A stretch of DNA of 64,000 nucleotides from Callorhinchus milii (GCF_018977255.1 NW_024704743.1:82524001-82588000); one strand, 5' to 3'. Positions 31,501-44,575 are shown, counted from the stretch's first letter. The notes: generated from the letters alone by a model not told the origin. Made by a program: numbers and translations.

Positions 31501-34500
31501 CATAGGTGCCAATCTGGAACCAACAGGCTGGCCATGGAGATCAGCCTGTAATCTGGGTAAGTGAATATCTCCTTTTCTTGTTTGCTTATTAAACTTTAGT
31601 GGCAAACTTCATAGAGTCAATATTTAGTTTGAAAATATTTACAAAGCTCCTCTGTGGAGATCCACTTATTTTCCTTATTTTTGGATGATTAGTGGATTCT
31701 CTGGAGATGATGCAACCCTAGAGAGACCCATTTAGATCTCTTTATGGTTGATTTGTGTCGGAAATTCTTTGTCAAGAGCCTAACTATTTTCAGTCTCTAT
31801 AAATGGCCTCAGTCTTTAAACAGAGGTATCACCATCGCACAGTAAACACTTATGTAAATGGAACTTGTAAAAACTTTTGGTGCTGTATATATGAATAAAA
31901 ATACATTCATGCTTTTAAAATTACATGATTGCGGTGAACCACAGTTAAGCTTTACAGTTTACAGATCAAAACTAATAGAAATTGCAGGGCCTTATCTTTA
32001 TCTACTGTACTATATCAAACACACTCTAGAAATAGATCTAATGATTAATGATTGTCTTTTTAACTAGGATTACCATGTTCTCCTTATCCACGATTCTGAT
32101 GGAAATCACTGTAATGTCTACGACCTGGATACTACTCTACTATATCCATGCCCGTTTGATACATACATCAAGGAAGCTTTTAGGTCTGAAGATCTGATTA
32201 CACCGGCATTCAGGAGGTGAGGAAAGCCACAATTACCGTGCTTTGGTAACTTAGTGGTCGGGGTGGGATAGATGAATTTAATCATTTTGAACGATTGTAG
32301 AGGGAATTGCATCAAAATAACACTGCAGTACACAATTTAAGAGCGTAAGACAATATTAGAAAGCTGTCAATGCATTAGAGTGTCTGATTGAATAGTTGGT
32401 TTTGTGTGTTTTAGGCCCATTGTGAGGCATTGATTGGGTCCCGTGTGTGTCAGTGGCCAGTACTCCCAGCCATGCTCACAGATAAATTGTGGTCATTTGG
32501 GTGAGGAATTGGTGGGCTATATATTGTGGTGGAAGGAAAAATAAGTCAAACATCCTCAAGAGAATTGGAGGGAAGAGAATTGTATTAAAAATAAAATGAA
32601 ACAAAGACATTTATTAACTCTGGAGCATTTGTTGGGCTGCACTGTCCAGAAGCGGAAATATTTCAGGTTTCACATGGATCAGTAATCAGAGGCAAGAAGT
32701 TAAAAGCATGAAAATTGCCCTGACGCTGTGTTACACAGGCACATGAGAGTGGTGAGAGCAGATCTGTACTTGAAGACATTTGCTTCAGATCGATCCCATA
32801 TGAGAGATGCTGATGGAAAGTGGCGCATGCCCCCGCCACCATACCCTTGCATTGTGACAACAGGTAAGCACAATACAGTCTGACCTTTTGTTTCAGATTT
32901 CATAGACAAAAAACAGCTCAAAAGCAAAACATTGTCCACGACTGTGACTTCTAGTTTTTCCCAATTCTACTTTTTAAACCCCGTTGTATCATTTTATGCA
33001 ATTTATTTGTGATGCTTGTCCAGAATGAGGCACTGATGGGAAGCAATTTATGTACTGGTAGGATTTTACAATCTGGATTTTATAGTACTTAAAAAGGATT
33101 AAGTATGCTTAGTCAGTAAATCTCTCAAGGCAAAAATTGGTGCCTATAAACAATACACCACAGTGGCTATTGAATCCGCAGTAAATGTTTTAAATGTTTT
33201 CCCTGAAAACAGCTTTAAATGTAAATTTTTATTTTTATTTGCTACTCGATGTTTTAAGATGAGTTATGCTGTAATTCATAGAATATTACAATACCCATGA
33301 ATTCTGAGCTGGTGTTTTTTGCTACATGACCTATTTAATGTAAATCTATTCTCCTACTCATGGCCCATACCCTTTAATTATACACCTTCTTGTGGATGTT
33401 CTCACGACAGCATGCCACACTCTGTTCATGCCCATCAGCTGTCTCTTGGTGTATGCAGTAATTTTTTAAAGCTTCTTTCCAATGTATTTTGTTTCTTGGT
33501 TTTCCCTCTTCTACTGGGCCTAGGAGCCTAGTGCTTTATTTCTGAAGAAAGAGCAAGTCCTGCTTGAAATATTAACCAATTTTCCCCTTTCAAATGCTGA
33601 TTGACTTATAATATTGTAATAATAATCCTTGCATTTGTTATAGCGCATTTCATGTCTTCTAGACATCTCAAACCGCTTCACAGAATATACTGTAATGTTG
33701 TAAAGACTGTATATTTGTAGGCGAAACGCGGCAGCCAATTGCGCACAGCAGTGTCCCACAAACAGTTGTGGATTGAAGTGAACAATTTATTATTGTTTTT
33801 TTTCTTGAGGGATTAATATCAGTCATATGGAGTAAGGAAACTTGCACAAGGTTTTGCCCTGCCAGGAATTGAACCCAAGTCTCTCGCTTGCGAGCCGAGT
33901 GCTCTAACCACTGAGCTAAAGGATTCCACACTTACTATTTTATTTCACATGGGTCATTCTCTCCTCAATGTTAAATTTGGCAGTGCCATTTGTATTAGAA
34001 AAAGCCCCAATTATTCATAAGGTTCATACCTTTACAGACCTTAGACTAATAGAATTTCCCCAATAATAAGCACTCTTCAAAAAAGCAGTAATAATTCATC
34101 TGAGATTCTGAGGTTCAAGATCCTAAACCTTGCTGAAATATTAGTTTATTATGTGGATATTGGGCCAGGCATGATCAGGCTTAGATGTGCTGCCCCTATA
34201 TCTATATAGGAACAGGAGTAGACCATTCAGCCCCTCAAGCCTGTTCCGTCATTTTATTAAATAGAATTTAGCTCAGTGGTTTGGGCATTCGCCTTGCAAG
34301 CGAGAGGACCTGGGTTCGATTTCTGGCAGGATGCAATGTTGGGCAAGTTTCCTTATTCCACACACTTCTGTTTACCTAGCAGTAAGTAGGAACCCGGTTG
34401 TTAGTTGATTGGCGGATCGCTTTTCTGGGGTAATAATTCCTTCAAAAAACATAATAGTAAATTAATCACTCAATCCATGCCTATGTGTGGGACACTGCTG

Positions 34501-35882
34501 TGCGCAATTGGCTGCCGCATTTCGCCCACAAAATATACAGTCAATTCATTTTACACTATATTCTGTGAAGCGCTTTGAGACATCTCAAAGATGTGATAAG
34601 ACGCTACATCAAATGCAAGGATTATTATTATTATTGGATCAACAACAACAAAATTACATTTGTATAGCACCTTTCACATTGAGAGGACGTCCCAAGGCGC
34701 TGGACATTCAGAGTGTTGGAGCCCAGCTGGGGGGTCGGGAATGGGAAGGATGGAGGGCAGGGGCGATTGAAAGCATGGTGAAAGAGCAGGGTCTTGAAAT
34801 GGGTCTTGAAAGAGGCAAGAGAGGGGGCGAGGCGGAGGGACTACGGGATTGAGTTCCAGAGGGCGGGAGCAGAGTGGCAGAATCACCAATGGTTCACCAA
34901 TGGTGGGGCAGGCGAGGCAGGGGAAGTGATGCATGCCGGAGCCCGCTGAGCAGAGGGAGTGGGCAGGATGATACGTGGTTAGGAGATCGCAAAGGTAGGG
35001 AGGAGGAAGACCATGGAGGGCTTAGAAGGTGAGGACCAGGATCTTGAACTGTATCCTCAGTGCTATGGGAAGCCAGTGGAGTTGGGCGAGGATGGGGTTG
35101 TTAGGGTCACGTTCATGGCTGATCTCAAACTCAACTCAAATTGAATCTAAGTTTAACATGTGAAGAATGGCCACTTGGGGGAAGCAATAAAGAACTTAGC
35201 TCCTGTGGAACCACACCCTCATAGTGAGTCGTCATCTTCAGGAGGAGGGGAGCAAATTTGAAGAAATATTAAAATTACACTAAAACTGACCATTGGGGCG
35301 GGGGAGAAGAAATCGATCTTGTGAGCTAGAATTTCTAGCTAAGTGTAATTACAATGCCAGTACCAGCACTGTCTTCCTCTCGCGGGATTCAGAGTGAGGT
35401 GTGGTGGCCGGTGGGCATCTATGTTACAAAATTGTGCAGTTGGCATTTTATATATTTTATATATATCTAAACGGTTACAGGCTGATGATTTAACTTAGAG
35501 GATTATAAACAATCAATTTGGCAATAAGGGTCAAAGGGCACTGCACTGGCAATGACGCTGTGGGGTAGAGACAGTTGAGGCTTTTAATATTTCTTTACCT
35601 CTGCATGAATTTGACATGAAGCAGACAGTAACCTGTTACTGTAATCCCAGAGGCCCTAGTTGCCAGGAAGCTCTGGGTTTGTTTTTTTATATAAAAGGGA
35701 TTGCTTCCCGTTTTGTTAGGTGTCATTTTGATTTTGTGTATTTCAACTACTTTGATTCTCATTGAAATCCAGAGGCAAAGATGAACCTGGACGACTTCAT
35801 CAGTATGAATCCAAACGTCGGCTGGGGAGATGTTTATACTCTTCCCCAGTTTGCACAACGATTTGGAAGAACAAAGTCATAA
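28079..35882 (+). CDS. NTAQ1: Protein N-terminal glutamine amidohydrolase (WDYHV1/NTAQ1), complete six-exon CDS, 203 aa
   Basis: Exons of 77+100+51+149+125+110 = 612 nt give an uninterrupted frame with [23 protein letters not shown] and MNLDDFISM motifs; Cys-His-Asp triad residues present. Confidence 0.97.
29068..29414 (-). mobile_element. tRNA-headed SINE, long variant
   Basis: Reverse complement of the 9482-9851 / 34268-34635 type. Confidence 0.87.
30792..30891 (+). CDS. NTAQ1: NTAQ1 exon 2
   Basis: tttcag|T GAA GAA...AAG ATG|gtaaga; [33 protein letters not shown]. Confidence 0.96.
31506..31556 (+). CDS. NTAQ1: NTAQ1 exon 3
   Basis: gcatag|GTG CCA...ATC TGG|gtaagt; [17 protein letters not shown]. 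Confidence 0.96.
32068..32216 (+). CDS. NTAQ1: NTAQ1 exon 4
   Basis: aactag|GAT TAC CAT GTT...AGG AG|gtgagg; [49 protein letters not shown]. Confidence 0.97.
32739..32863 (+). CDS. NTAQ1: NTAQ1 exon 5
   Basis: acacag|G CAC ATG...ACA G|gtaagc; [41 protein letters not shown]. Confidence 0.97.
33616..33931 (-). mobile_element. tRNA-headed SINE, short variant
   Basis: Shared head and tail with other copies. Confidence 0.87.
34268..34635 (+). mobile_element. tRNA-headed SINE, long variant
   Basis: TAGCTCAGTGG, GTTCGATTTC, central block and (ATT)n tail. Confidence 0.87.
34640..35112 (-). mobile_element. L2 LINE 3' fragment
   Basis: (CAA)n at left, reverse-complement stem-loop, LHWLP-coding segment at right end. 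Confidence 0.8.
35773..35882 (+). CDS. NTAQ1: NTAQ1 exon 6 (to stop codon)
   Basis: atccag|AG GCA AAG...[41 protein letters not shown]. Confidence 0.96.
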
Positions 35883-35895
35883 TATTTAGAAGAAA

Positions 35896-35978
35896 AATAA
35901 ACAATTTCCCTTGGGGAACATTTTCCAGCTTGAATCCTGCACGATAAAAGAGAACTGTTGAAGGCTGGCACAAATAAA
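35896..35978 (+). terminator. Candidate NTAQ1 polyadenylation signals
   Basis: AATAAA at 35896-35901 and 35973-35978, just downstream of the stop codon. Confidence 0.5.
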
Positions 35979-37105
35979 ATTGTGACACGCATTTTTAAGT
36001 ATTGCACAAAGGACAAAAAGACAGCAAAACAGAATGTACTGCAGTGAGAGTGCAGTAGGGGGAGATGGAGACTATTTAAAGAAGATGCTGAAAATCTACT
36101 CAGAGAACCTCACGTAACAAACAAACTGATCTCTCATCAGCGCATATTCAGTTCATAACTCCACAGCGCTTCACTATCTCCTATTGTCAACGCAGAAAAC
36201 TTCAAGGGTTAAGCAAACACATTCTGATGAATTGTTCCTGGAAGAGTTTATACTTGGAACTCGCTAAAACAGGCCTGCAGTCTGAAAAGGGTTAGACATA
36301 TCTGTGTCAAAGCAGTGATTACTTACCATCTTATTTTGAAGGCCAGTTTTAAAATAAGTGCAACAAAAGTGACTAGGAAGTGGAGAGGATATGTTTTTTA
36401 TAAGAGGTGATAGGCATGTAGAGCTAACAGCACAGACGGCAGAAAAAGGAAACTGTAAAATGATTCAAAAATGAACTAGACAAGTTCCTGGAAATTAAAA
36501 TAATATTTTTTTTAGATGATGAGATACATACGTTGAAAGGAGTTGGAGGGTAGGCTCAGTGGTAATATTTTGCTCCTGCCTCAAATGTGTCTTCTTCCCC
36601 CCCTCCCCCTCTTAATTTTATAACAATTGTGAGTATTGTGGTGATATTTTTGTCAGAAATATAAAAAAAATTAAATTTCACAATCAGAATTTAGTTTTTG
36701 AGTGTCTTTGATGTTTAAGGTAGCTTTCTGACCTCTTGGTCAGAAGATTGCAGGTTCAAACCCCGGGTCAGCTCATGAGCTCATCGTGCAGGCTGGCTTT
36801 CCAGTGTAATTCTGGGAAATTTCTGCCATATCAGAGTTGTCATCTTTTGGATGAGACATTAAACCAAGGTTTCACTGCCTGTTCTTCAGGTGTACATTAA
36901 ATATCCCACAACCCACTATTAATCAACAACAACAACTTGCATTTATATAGCACCCCTCATGCAGGGTAGCATCCCAGAGAGCTTGACAGTGATGGAGCAC
37001 GACTCCTAGCCGGGGGGAGGGGGAGGTGATTAGGAAGGCCGAATAGGAAGTTCATCAGGCGCGACCTGAAAATGAGGAAGGAAGGGGCAAGGCGCAAGGA
37101 TAGAG

Positions 37106-40100
37106 ACCATAAGACGTAGGAGCAGGAGTAGGTCATTCGGCCTGCCCCTACATTTAATAAGATCATAGCTGATCTTCTAACCTAATTCCATTTACCCGCC
37201 CTATCCCCATATCCCTTAATCCCTCTATCCTTTAGAAATCTATCAACCTCAGTCTTGAATATGTTCAAGGACTGAGAATTCACAGCCTTCTGGGGTAGAG
37301 AATTCCACAAATTCACTACCCTCTGAGAGAAGAAATGTTTCCTCAACTCAGTTCGAAAAGGCTGACTCTTAATCTTAAGACTATGACTCCTAGTTTTAGA
37401 TTCTTCAACCAGGGGAAACAGTCTCACGGCATCTACCCTGTCAAGGTCCTTGAGAAGCTTATATTCTAGAGAATATAGGCCAGTTTATTCAACCTATCCT
37501 CATAGGTCAACCCCCTCATCACAGGAAATAACCTAGTGAATCTACGCTGCACCCCCTCTAAGCTGAGTATGTCCTTTCTTAAATAAGGAAACCAAAACTG
37601 CACACACTATTCTAGGTGCGGTCTCACCAAGACCTTATACAACTGCAGCAAGACCTCTCTACTCTTGTACACTAATCCTTTTGCAACGAACGCCAACATG
37701 GCATTAGCCTTCCTAGTTGTTTGCTGTACCTGCAATACTAACCTTCTATGACTGGCGAACAAGGACACCCAAATCCTTCTGAACACTAGCACTACCTGGT
37801 CTCTCCCCCTCTAGAAAATAATCCGCTTTTCTATTTTTACTACCTAGGTGAATAACATCACACTTCCCCATGTTATACTCCATCTGCTACCTTCTTGCCC
37901 ACTCACCTAGCCTGTCTATTTCCCTTTGCATTCTTCGTGTGTTATCCTCACAGCTTACTCTCCCACTTATCTTTGTATCGTCCGCAAATTTAGATATGTT
38001 AAGATCTATTTCCTCATCTAAATCATTGATATAGACTGTAAATAATTGAGGCCCAAGCACTGATCCTTGTGGCACTCCACCAGTCACATCCTGACAATCT
38101 GAGAAGGACCCGTTGATCCCTACTCTGTTTTCTTCCTATCATCCATTCTCCAATCCATGCTAATATATTACCTTTAATTCCATGGGCTCTAATCTTATGC
38201 AACAGTCTTTTATTTGGCACCTTATCGAATATCTTCTGGAAATCCAAATACACCACATCTTATTGGTTTCCCCCTATCTAACCTGCTAGTTACTTCCTCA
38301 AAAAAGATTTGTTAAACATGATTTCCCTTTCATAAAGCCATGTTGACTCTGCCTAATCATGGTATGATTTTCTAAGTGCCCCACGACGACGTCCCTAATT
38401 AAACACTCTAGAATTTTCCTTACCACTGATGTCAGACTAACTGGTGTATAATTCCCCATTTTTTGTCTCCCACCCTTCTTAAATAGAGGCGTTACGTTTG
38501 CGACCTTCCAATCAATGGGAACCATTCCAAATCCAGGGAATTTTGGAAGATCAAAAACAAAGCATCCACTTTGTCTGCAGCCACCTCTTTTAAAGCCCTA
38601 GGATGCAGGCCATCAGGTCCAGGGGATTTATCAGTTTTTAATCCTATCAATTCTCTAGTACTATTGCTTTACTGATGTTCATTTCTTTAAGTTCCTCACT
38701 AACATTAGCCTCCAGGTTCCCCTCTCTTTTCGGTAAGTTTTCAGTGTCCTCTAACGTGAAGACAGAAGCAAAATATGTGTTTAATGCTATTTCCTTATTC
38801 CCTATTATTCTCCTGTCTCTGCCTGCAATGGACCCACATTCATTTTTGATAGTCTCTTCCTCTTTATGTACTTGTAAAAACTCTTACAATCCGTCTTTAT
38901 GTTCCTAGCTAGTTTACCCTCATATTCCATTTCTCCCTCTGAATCAGTTTTGGTTTTCCTTTGCTGTTCTCTAAAGCCCTCCCAATCCTCAGGTTTCTCA
39001 GCAAACGGCTTCTCCTTCAGCCCCCGCACCATGTCGTGCGGCATTCCTCAGGGCTCTGTCCTCGGTTCCCTCCTCTTCACCCTCTACATGCTCCCCCTTG
39101 GTGACATCATCCACAAACATGGGGTAAATTTCCACATGTGTGCGGATGACACCCAACTCTACCTCTCTGCCTCCACCCTGAACTCCAGGACTACTGGTGG
39201 CCTGACCGACTGCCTGTCCGACATCAAGTCCTGGACGAGGGACAACTTTCTCCGAACTGAACGTCAGCAAGAACGAGGCCCTCCTGATTGGCTCGTACCA
39301 GCGCCTCCGCACCTCTGGTGCTGGCAGCATCAGCCTCCACGGCTGCACACTCAACCTCACTAAGCCAGTCAGTATCTTGTTTGACCCTGAACTGTCCTTT
39401 CTCCCCCACATCTGCACAATGACGGCATTGCCTACCACCACCTCCGCAACATTGCCAGACTCCGCCACTGCTCACCCCTCAGGCTGCCGAAACCCTCACC
39501 CATGCATTCATCACATCAAGGCTCGATTATGGAAACTCCCTCCTCATCGGCCTTCCCAACTCTTCTCTTCGCAAGCTGCACATCATCCAAAACTCTGCAG
39601 CTTGTGTAGTCTTGCGCACCAGGCTCCGTGACCCTATCACTCCCACCCTCGCCTGACTCCACTGGCTCCCCATTCCTCGGAGGATCGAATTCAAGATCCT
39701 CGTCCTCACTTTCAAGGCCTTCCATGGTGTTGCCCCCTCCTACCTCTCTGACCTGCTGACTCCCTACTAACCTGCCTGCTCCCTCTGTTCAGCAGGCTCC
39801 GGCACGCTCCATGTCTCCGCCCGACCTGCCTTACCATCGGTGACCGGGCTTTCAGCCTTTCTGCCCCACACTGGAACTCCATCCCACAGTCCCTTCGCCT
39901 CGCTTTCTCTCTTGCCTCCTTCAAGGCCGGTCTCAAGACCCTCCTCTTCGATTTTGCCTTCAATCGCCCTCCCACCTCTCTGCCTTCCCTCACCACTACA
40001 CCACCCCTCCCCCATGCTCGGGTTCTGACCCCTGACTGTCCAGTGCCTTAGGACGTCCTCCCGACATGAAAGGTGCTCTATAAATGTAATTTTGTTGTTG

Positions 40101-41925
40101 TTTACTGCTCTTTTTGGCAGTATTATAGGCCTCTTTTTTTAATTTTATACTTTCCCTAACTTCTCTAATTAGCCAAGGTTGAACCACTTTTCCCGTGGTA
40201 TTTTTAGTTTTCAAGGGAATATGTGATCACTGGGAATTATGTATTATATCTTTAAACATTTGCCATTGCTGGTTTACCGTCATATTTTTAAATCTAATTT
40301 CCCAGTCTATTTTAGCCAAATCTTCTCTCATACCTGCAAAGTTGGCTTTATTTTAATTTAAGACCCTTGCTTCAGATTCAACTATATCACTCTCTAACTT
40401 AATGTTAAGTTCCATCATGTTATTGTCACTCTGCCCTAGAGAAGCCTTAACGTCCAAATTGCTGATTAGCCCTATTTCATTACACAAAACAAGATCTACG
40501 ATTGCCTATTCCCTGGTTGGTTCCTCAGCATATTGTTCTAGAAAACTATCTCTAATATATTCCATAAACCCATCCTCTAATTTACTTTTGCCAATTTGGT
40601 TTTCCCAGTCTATATGAAGATTGAAATCACCCACTATTAGTGTATTCCCCTTGCTATATGCTTCTCTAATTTCTTGATTAATACCGTGCCCAATACTGTA
40701 ACTGCTGTTAGGGGGTCTATAAACTCCTCCCACTAGTGTTTACTGCCCCTTTTTGTTTCTTACCTCCACCCATACTGACTCTACATCATGATTTTCTGAT
40801 TTTAAATCCTTCCTCTCTACTATTTTTATCTCATCCTTTATTAGCAGGGCTACCCCCCACCCCCCACCCACCCTCATTTTCCACATTGCCTGTCTTTCCT
40901 ATACGTCGAATACCCCGGAATGTTTCGCTCCCACCCTTGGTCTCCTTGTAAACCACGTCTCAATAATAGCCACTAGATCATACCCATTTATGTTTATTTG
41001 TGCACTTAATTCGCTTATCTTGTTACAAATGCTTCATGCATTCAGATATAGCGCATTTAATTTTGACTTCTTACTATTTCCCCTACTCCTTAATGCTCTA
41101 TTTCCCTTGTTGAGTTTTTTGTCCCTACTTGACACACTGTTGTTTATCTCCCAAGTCACTACTCTGCTCTACAGCCATGACTGTTCCTTGCAATGTCGGT
41201 TTACGTTTAACTGTAGTTGGAACACTCCCTCCACCTCCTCGCCCCATTAATAGTTTAAAGCTCTGCCTATCCCCCTATTTAATCGCTTTGCCGGGACATT
41301 GGTCCCAGCCCGGTTAAGGTGGAGCCCATCTCGATGGAACAGCTCCCTTTTCCCCCAATACTGATGCCAGTGATCCATAAAACGAAACCCCTGCCTCCTG
41401 CACCACTCTTTCAGCCATGCGTTTAACTCATTACTTTGTTTGTCCCTGTACCAATTTGCACGTGGCTCAGGTAGTAATCCTGAGATTATCACCTTGGAAG
41501 TTCTTCCTTTTAATTTAATTCCCAGTTCATTGAACTCACTCCTCAGGTTGTCACTACTAGTCCTACCTATATTGTTGGTTCCTATATTGATCACCACAAT
41601 TGGATCATCCCCTTCCTGTTTCAAATTCTTCTCCAGCTCTGATGGGAAATCCTTAACCCTGGTGCCAGGAAGCCAACAGAGCCTTCGTGACTCCTGGTTG
41701 CTGCTGCAGAGAAGAGTGTCTATCTGCCTGACTGTCTCGTCCCCTATCATAACCACATTCCGTTTTGCTCCCCCCACTTGTGTGGCCTCCTGCATAGAGG
41801 TGCTGGGGTCAGTTTGCCCATCCTCCTCCTTACAGACTTCCTTGTCCACACAGGTTGCAAGTATCTCGTACCTGTTGGACAAGGTTAAAGCCTGAGGCTT
41901 CACCACCACTCTTTCTGGGATCCCG
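37106..41925 (-). mobile_element. Long CR1-clade LINE (ORF1 SGNH-esterase remnant, APE endonuclease, RT, 3' UTR), ORF2 disrupted
   Basis: IGD..IGTNNIG..DGLH (ORF1); GVYRPP, IVGDFN (APE); [59 protein letters not shown] (RT); FFSQRVVNLWNSLP; 3' end CCTACTCCTGCTCCTACGTCTTATGG. Confidence 0.93.
38997..40100 (+). mobile_element. L2 LINE fragment inserted antisense into the CR1
   Basis: [17 protein letters not shown] and CADDTQLY, (GTT)n tail; the CR1 frame reads [13 protein letters not shown] across the insert. Confidence 0.92.
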
Positions 41926-42216
41926 AGAGGAAGAACGTTCCTGAGTTTCGGGGTGTAGTGGCTGAAAGCGCGGCCACCAATGGTAAAACAGAGGGCACGA
42001 GGGACATGCAGAAGACCGGAGCCAGTTGAGCGGAGGCAGCGGGTTATGAGTTGGGGGGTACGCAGGTCTGAGAGGTAGGGAGGTGCCAAGGCATGAAAGG
42101 ATTTGAAAACGAGTGTGAGGATCTTGAATTTGACCTGTTCGGTGATGGGGAGCCAGTGCAGCTGGGCTAGAACTGGTGTGATGGGGGTACGGAGCTTAGT
42201 ACGGGTGAGTATGCAA
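41926..42216 (-). mobile_element. Older L2 fragment, 5' part; its 3' part is at 36924-37105 on the other side of the CR1
   Basis: The two pieces join into a sequence colinear with the L2 at 22538-22847. Confidence 0.8.
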
Positions 42217-44575
42217 GAGTATTTGTAGAGAAGGAATTTTCTGCCAGTGTCTTGGCCAACAGATATCTAGGTTAATTACTAATTCATCTCATGGTTGCTT
42301 TGAAACCTTGCTAGTGCAAAATGGTTACTGGATTTGCCTAGAAAAATAAGTAACAGCACTTGAAAGTATTTAATTGACTCAAGTTCCAATCTTGAGCCAA
42401 GTCTGTCTAGGAATGTCCCAGATTCTAGATACTACAGTGGTTAAAAATATTGCCTTCCGATCTCAAACCTTACTCGAGGCTTATTTATTACTTTTTTAAA
42501 TGATACTTTGTCGGTCTTCCCAGTATAAGTGGTCAGTTTCAGTCACTTTGCTCCGCTCCACTATCTGAAACTCTTTTCCGAAGTCTCCCTGTCTTGCTCC
42601 CTCAATCTCCACATTCAAAACCCACCTGAAAATGTTTCTCTTTGACTATGTTTTGGACTATTTACCCTTACCCCCATCTCACCACCTCTGTAAAGTGTTT
42701 TGTGGTACAATGTTACCTGAATGGCGCTATATTTGTTATGCATTGTCAGTCAAACAGCCAGCTTCCATCCACATCATCAATGGTGCTCAGCATAGTAAAG
42801 ACCTAGTTTATGTCCCACTCATTACTTTGTTCTTTAAACAAGTTAAATTCTACTAGTCTCTCCACATAACTTAGAATTCTAAATTTTTTGTCACTCTTAA
42901 GTCCTTTTGAACTTTTGAACAAAGGATATTGACAAAGTAATTGGAAACATCTCTTTACATAACTTTAACTTCCAAAAAAAAGGTTCTGTAATAAGAGTGC
43001 CTCAGAAGGCATACAGCAGTTGCTAAGTTTTCAAAATGGAGCTAGATAGTAGACATATTAAGGAATATAGAGAAAAGTGAGCAAATAGAATTGAAGCAAT
43101 GTTCATAAACATTTCTAAACGAATTCTGCTAATGGTCACCTGCAATTTGTACATGTTTCCTGTTTCAATATGTGTAAGTTTACATTTATCTGTGACAAAG
43201 TGCTCTTTTCATACATATGAACAGGCCTGTTGAAATGAATCATTTACCAGCAGATGTCTTGTATTTATTAAAAATTAGCAAAATAAATTATTTTGTACAT
43301 TTGTGACTTCTGACGTATCTTTGTCTGGATAAGTTGCAACGAATATTGGAAAATCTGCTCCTCTTCCCCCCCACTCCTCCCCAGAATCTAGCATTTGGCT
43401 GTTCAGTCTGAAATAGCAACATTCCATACTCATTGCATTCATATGTTATGTTGAGGAGGAAAACAAATTAAAATCCACCTCAGTCCTTCTGTGTGTCTTG
43501 TCCAGATCTTTTTAAAACTTTCTCTACAATACATTTGTTACCTGATATGTTCAGCAAAGTTAATAACATTACATTAGAAGTGTTCTCCTTCAGATCATTA
43601 TTGTGAACAGCACAGGGCTCAGATTAGACTACTTTCAGAATTCTGCTAGTCACTATTTACTGTGCTTTTAATCCTACAAGAGGCGAAAGCAAAATAAGAG
43701 TTTCAGCTGAGAACATTAATGGTGAGGTAAGGGCATAAGTATAAGTATATTCCCTAGTGGAAGAAAATGATCTTGGTAGCAGATTAGAGAGGAGCTGATA
43801 GATGGATTGGAGAAGGGTCAAATAGAAGTTTGAGAATGAGCACCACCAGATTCAGCCTGAAGTGAGCAAACAGAGGCTAATGGAGTGTGAACTAAAGACA
43901 TGCAGGTGCTGGTAAGACCAAGCAAGAAGGTTTTAGTTGTGTTGACACCCCACTTCCCCCCCTCATCCCCACCCCCGAGCCTATGAAGCTCCCCAGGTCC
44001 ATAGTTTCAGCATGCTGGCAGTCTGTGAGGTGAGGATCTCCATTACTTCACATTGGTAATAATCAATCGAATTTCACACTTTTTAAATAAATTATTGACT
44101 ACAGTTAGACCCATCTGATAGATGTTTCCAGGAACTTTCCTTTTGCTGTGCCAAGTGCAAAACAAAACAAGTTATTTTTTAACACAATGTACCATTGCAC
44201 TGCAAACTTCAACAAATATTAAAGTGCAAGTTGGAACACAGACAAGTATTCGGTGGTTCCTAAATCTACACTTCTCAAACATTAGTCAAAGCAAAATGGG
44301 TTTGTTGCAAACTTGCACTATTAACATTGATAATTCAATCTGGTATATAGCCTGGTCTTGATACTGTAATAAACAGTATCTGTATGGAACAAATGTTATT
44401 AAAATTGCAATGAGTGAGTATATGAGAATGGTTATTCTTTATTTGAGAAGACCATGTAGAACATATGCTCCTGGCACCTTTAATAGAGATCTGGGATTGA
44501 CTTGGGGAAACTGCCACTCTCCAAATATATACAGTATTTGCATCAATATAAATTTCCTTTTGTGGCCAGGTGCAA

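Noticed and set aside
35483..35580. Intronic C/D-box snoRNA starting at TGATGA
   Set aside because: No suitably placed CTGA D box or terminal stem
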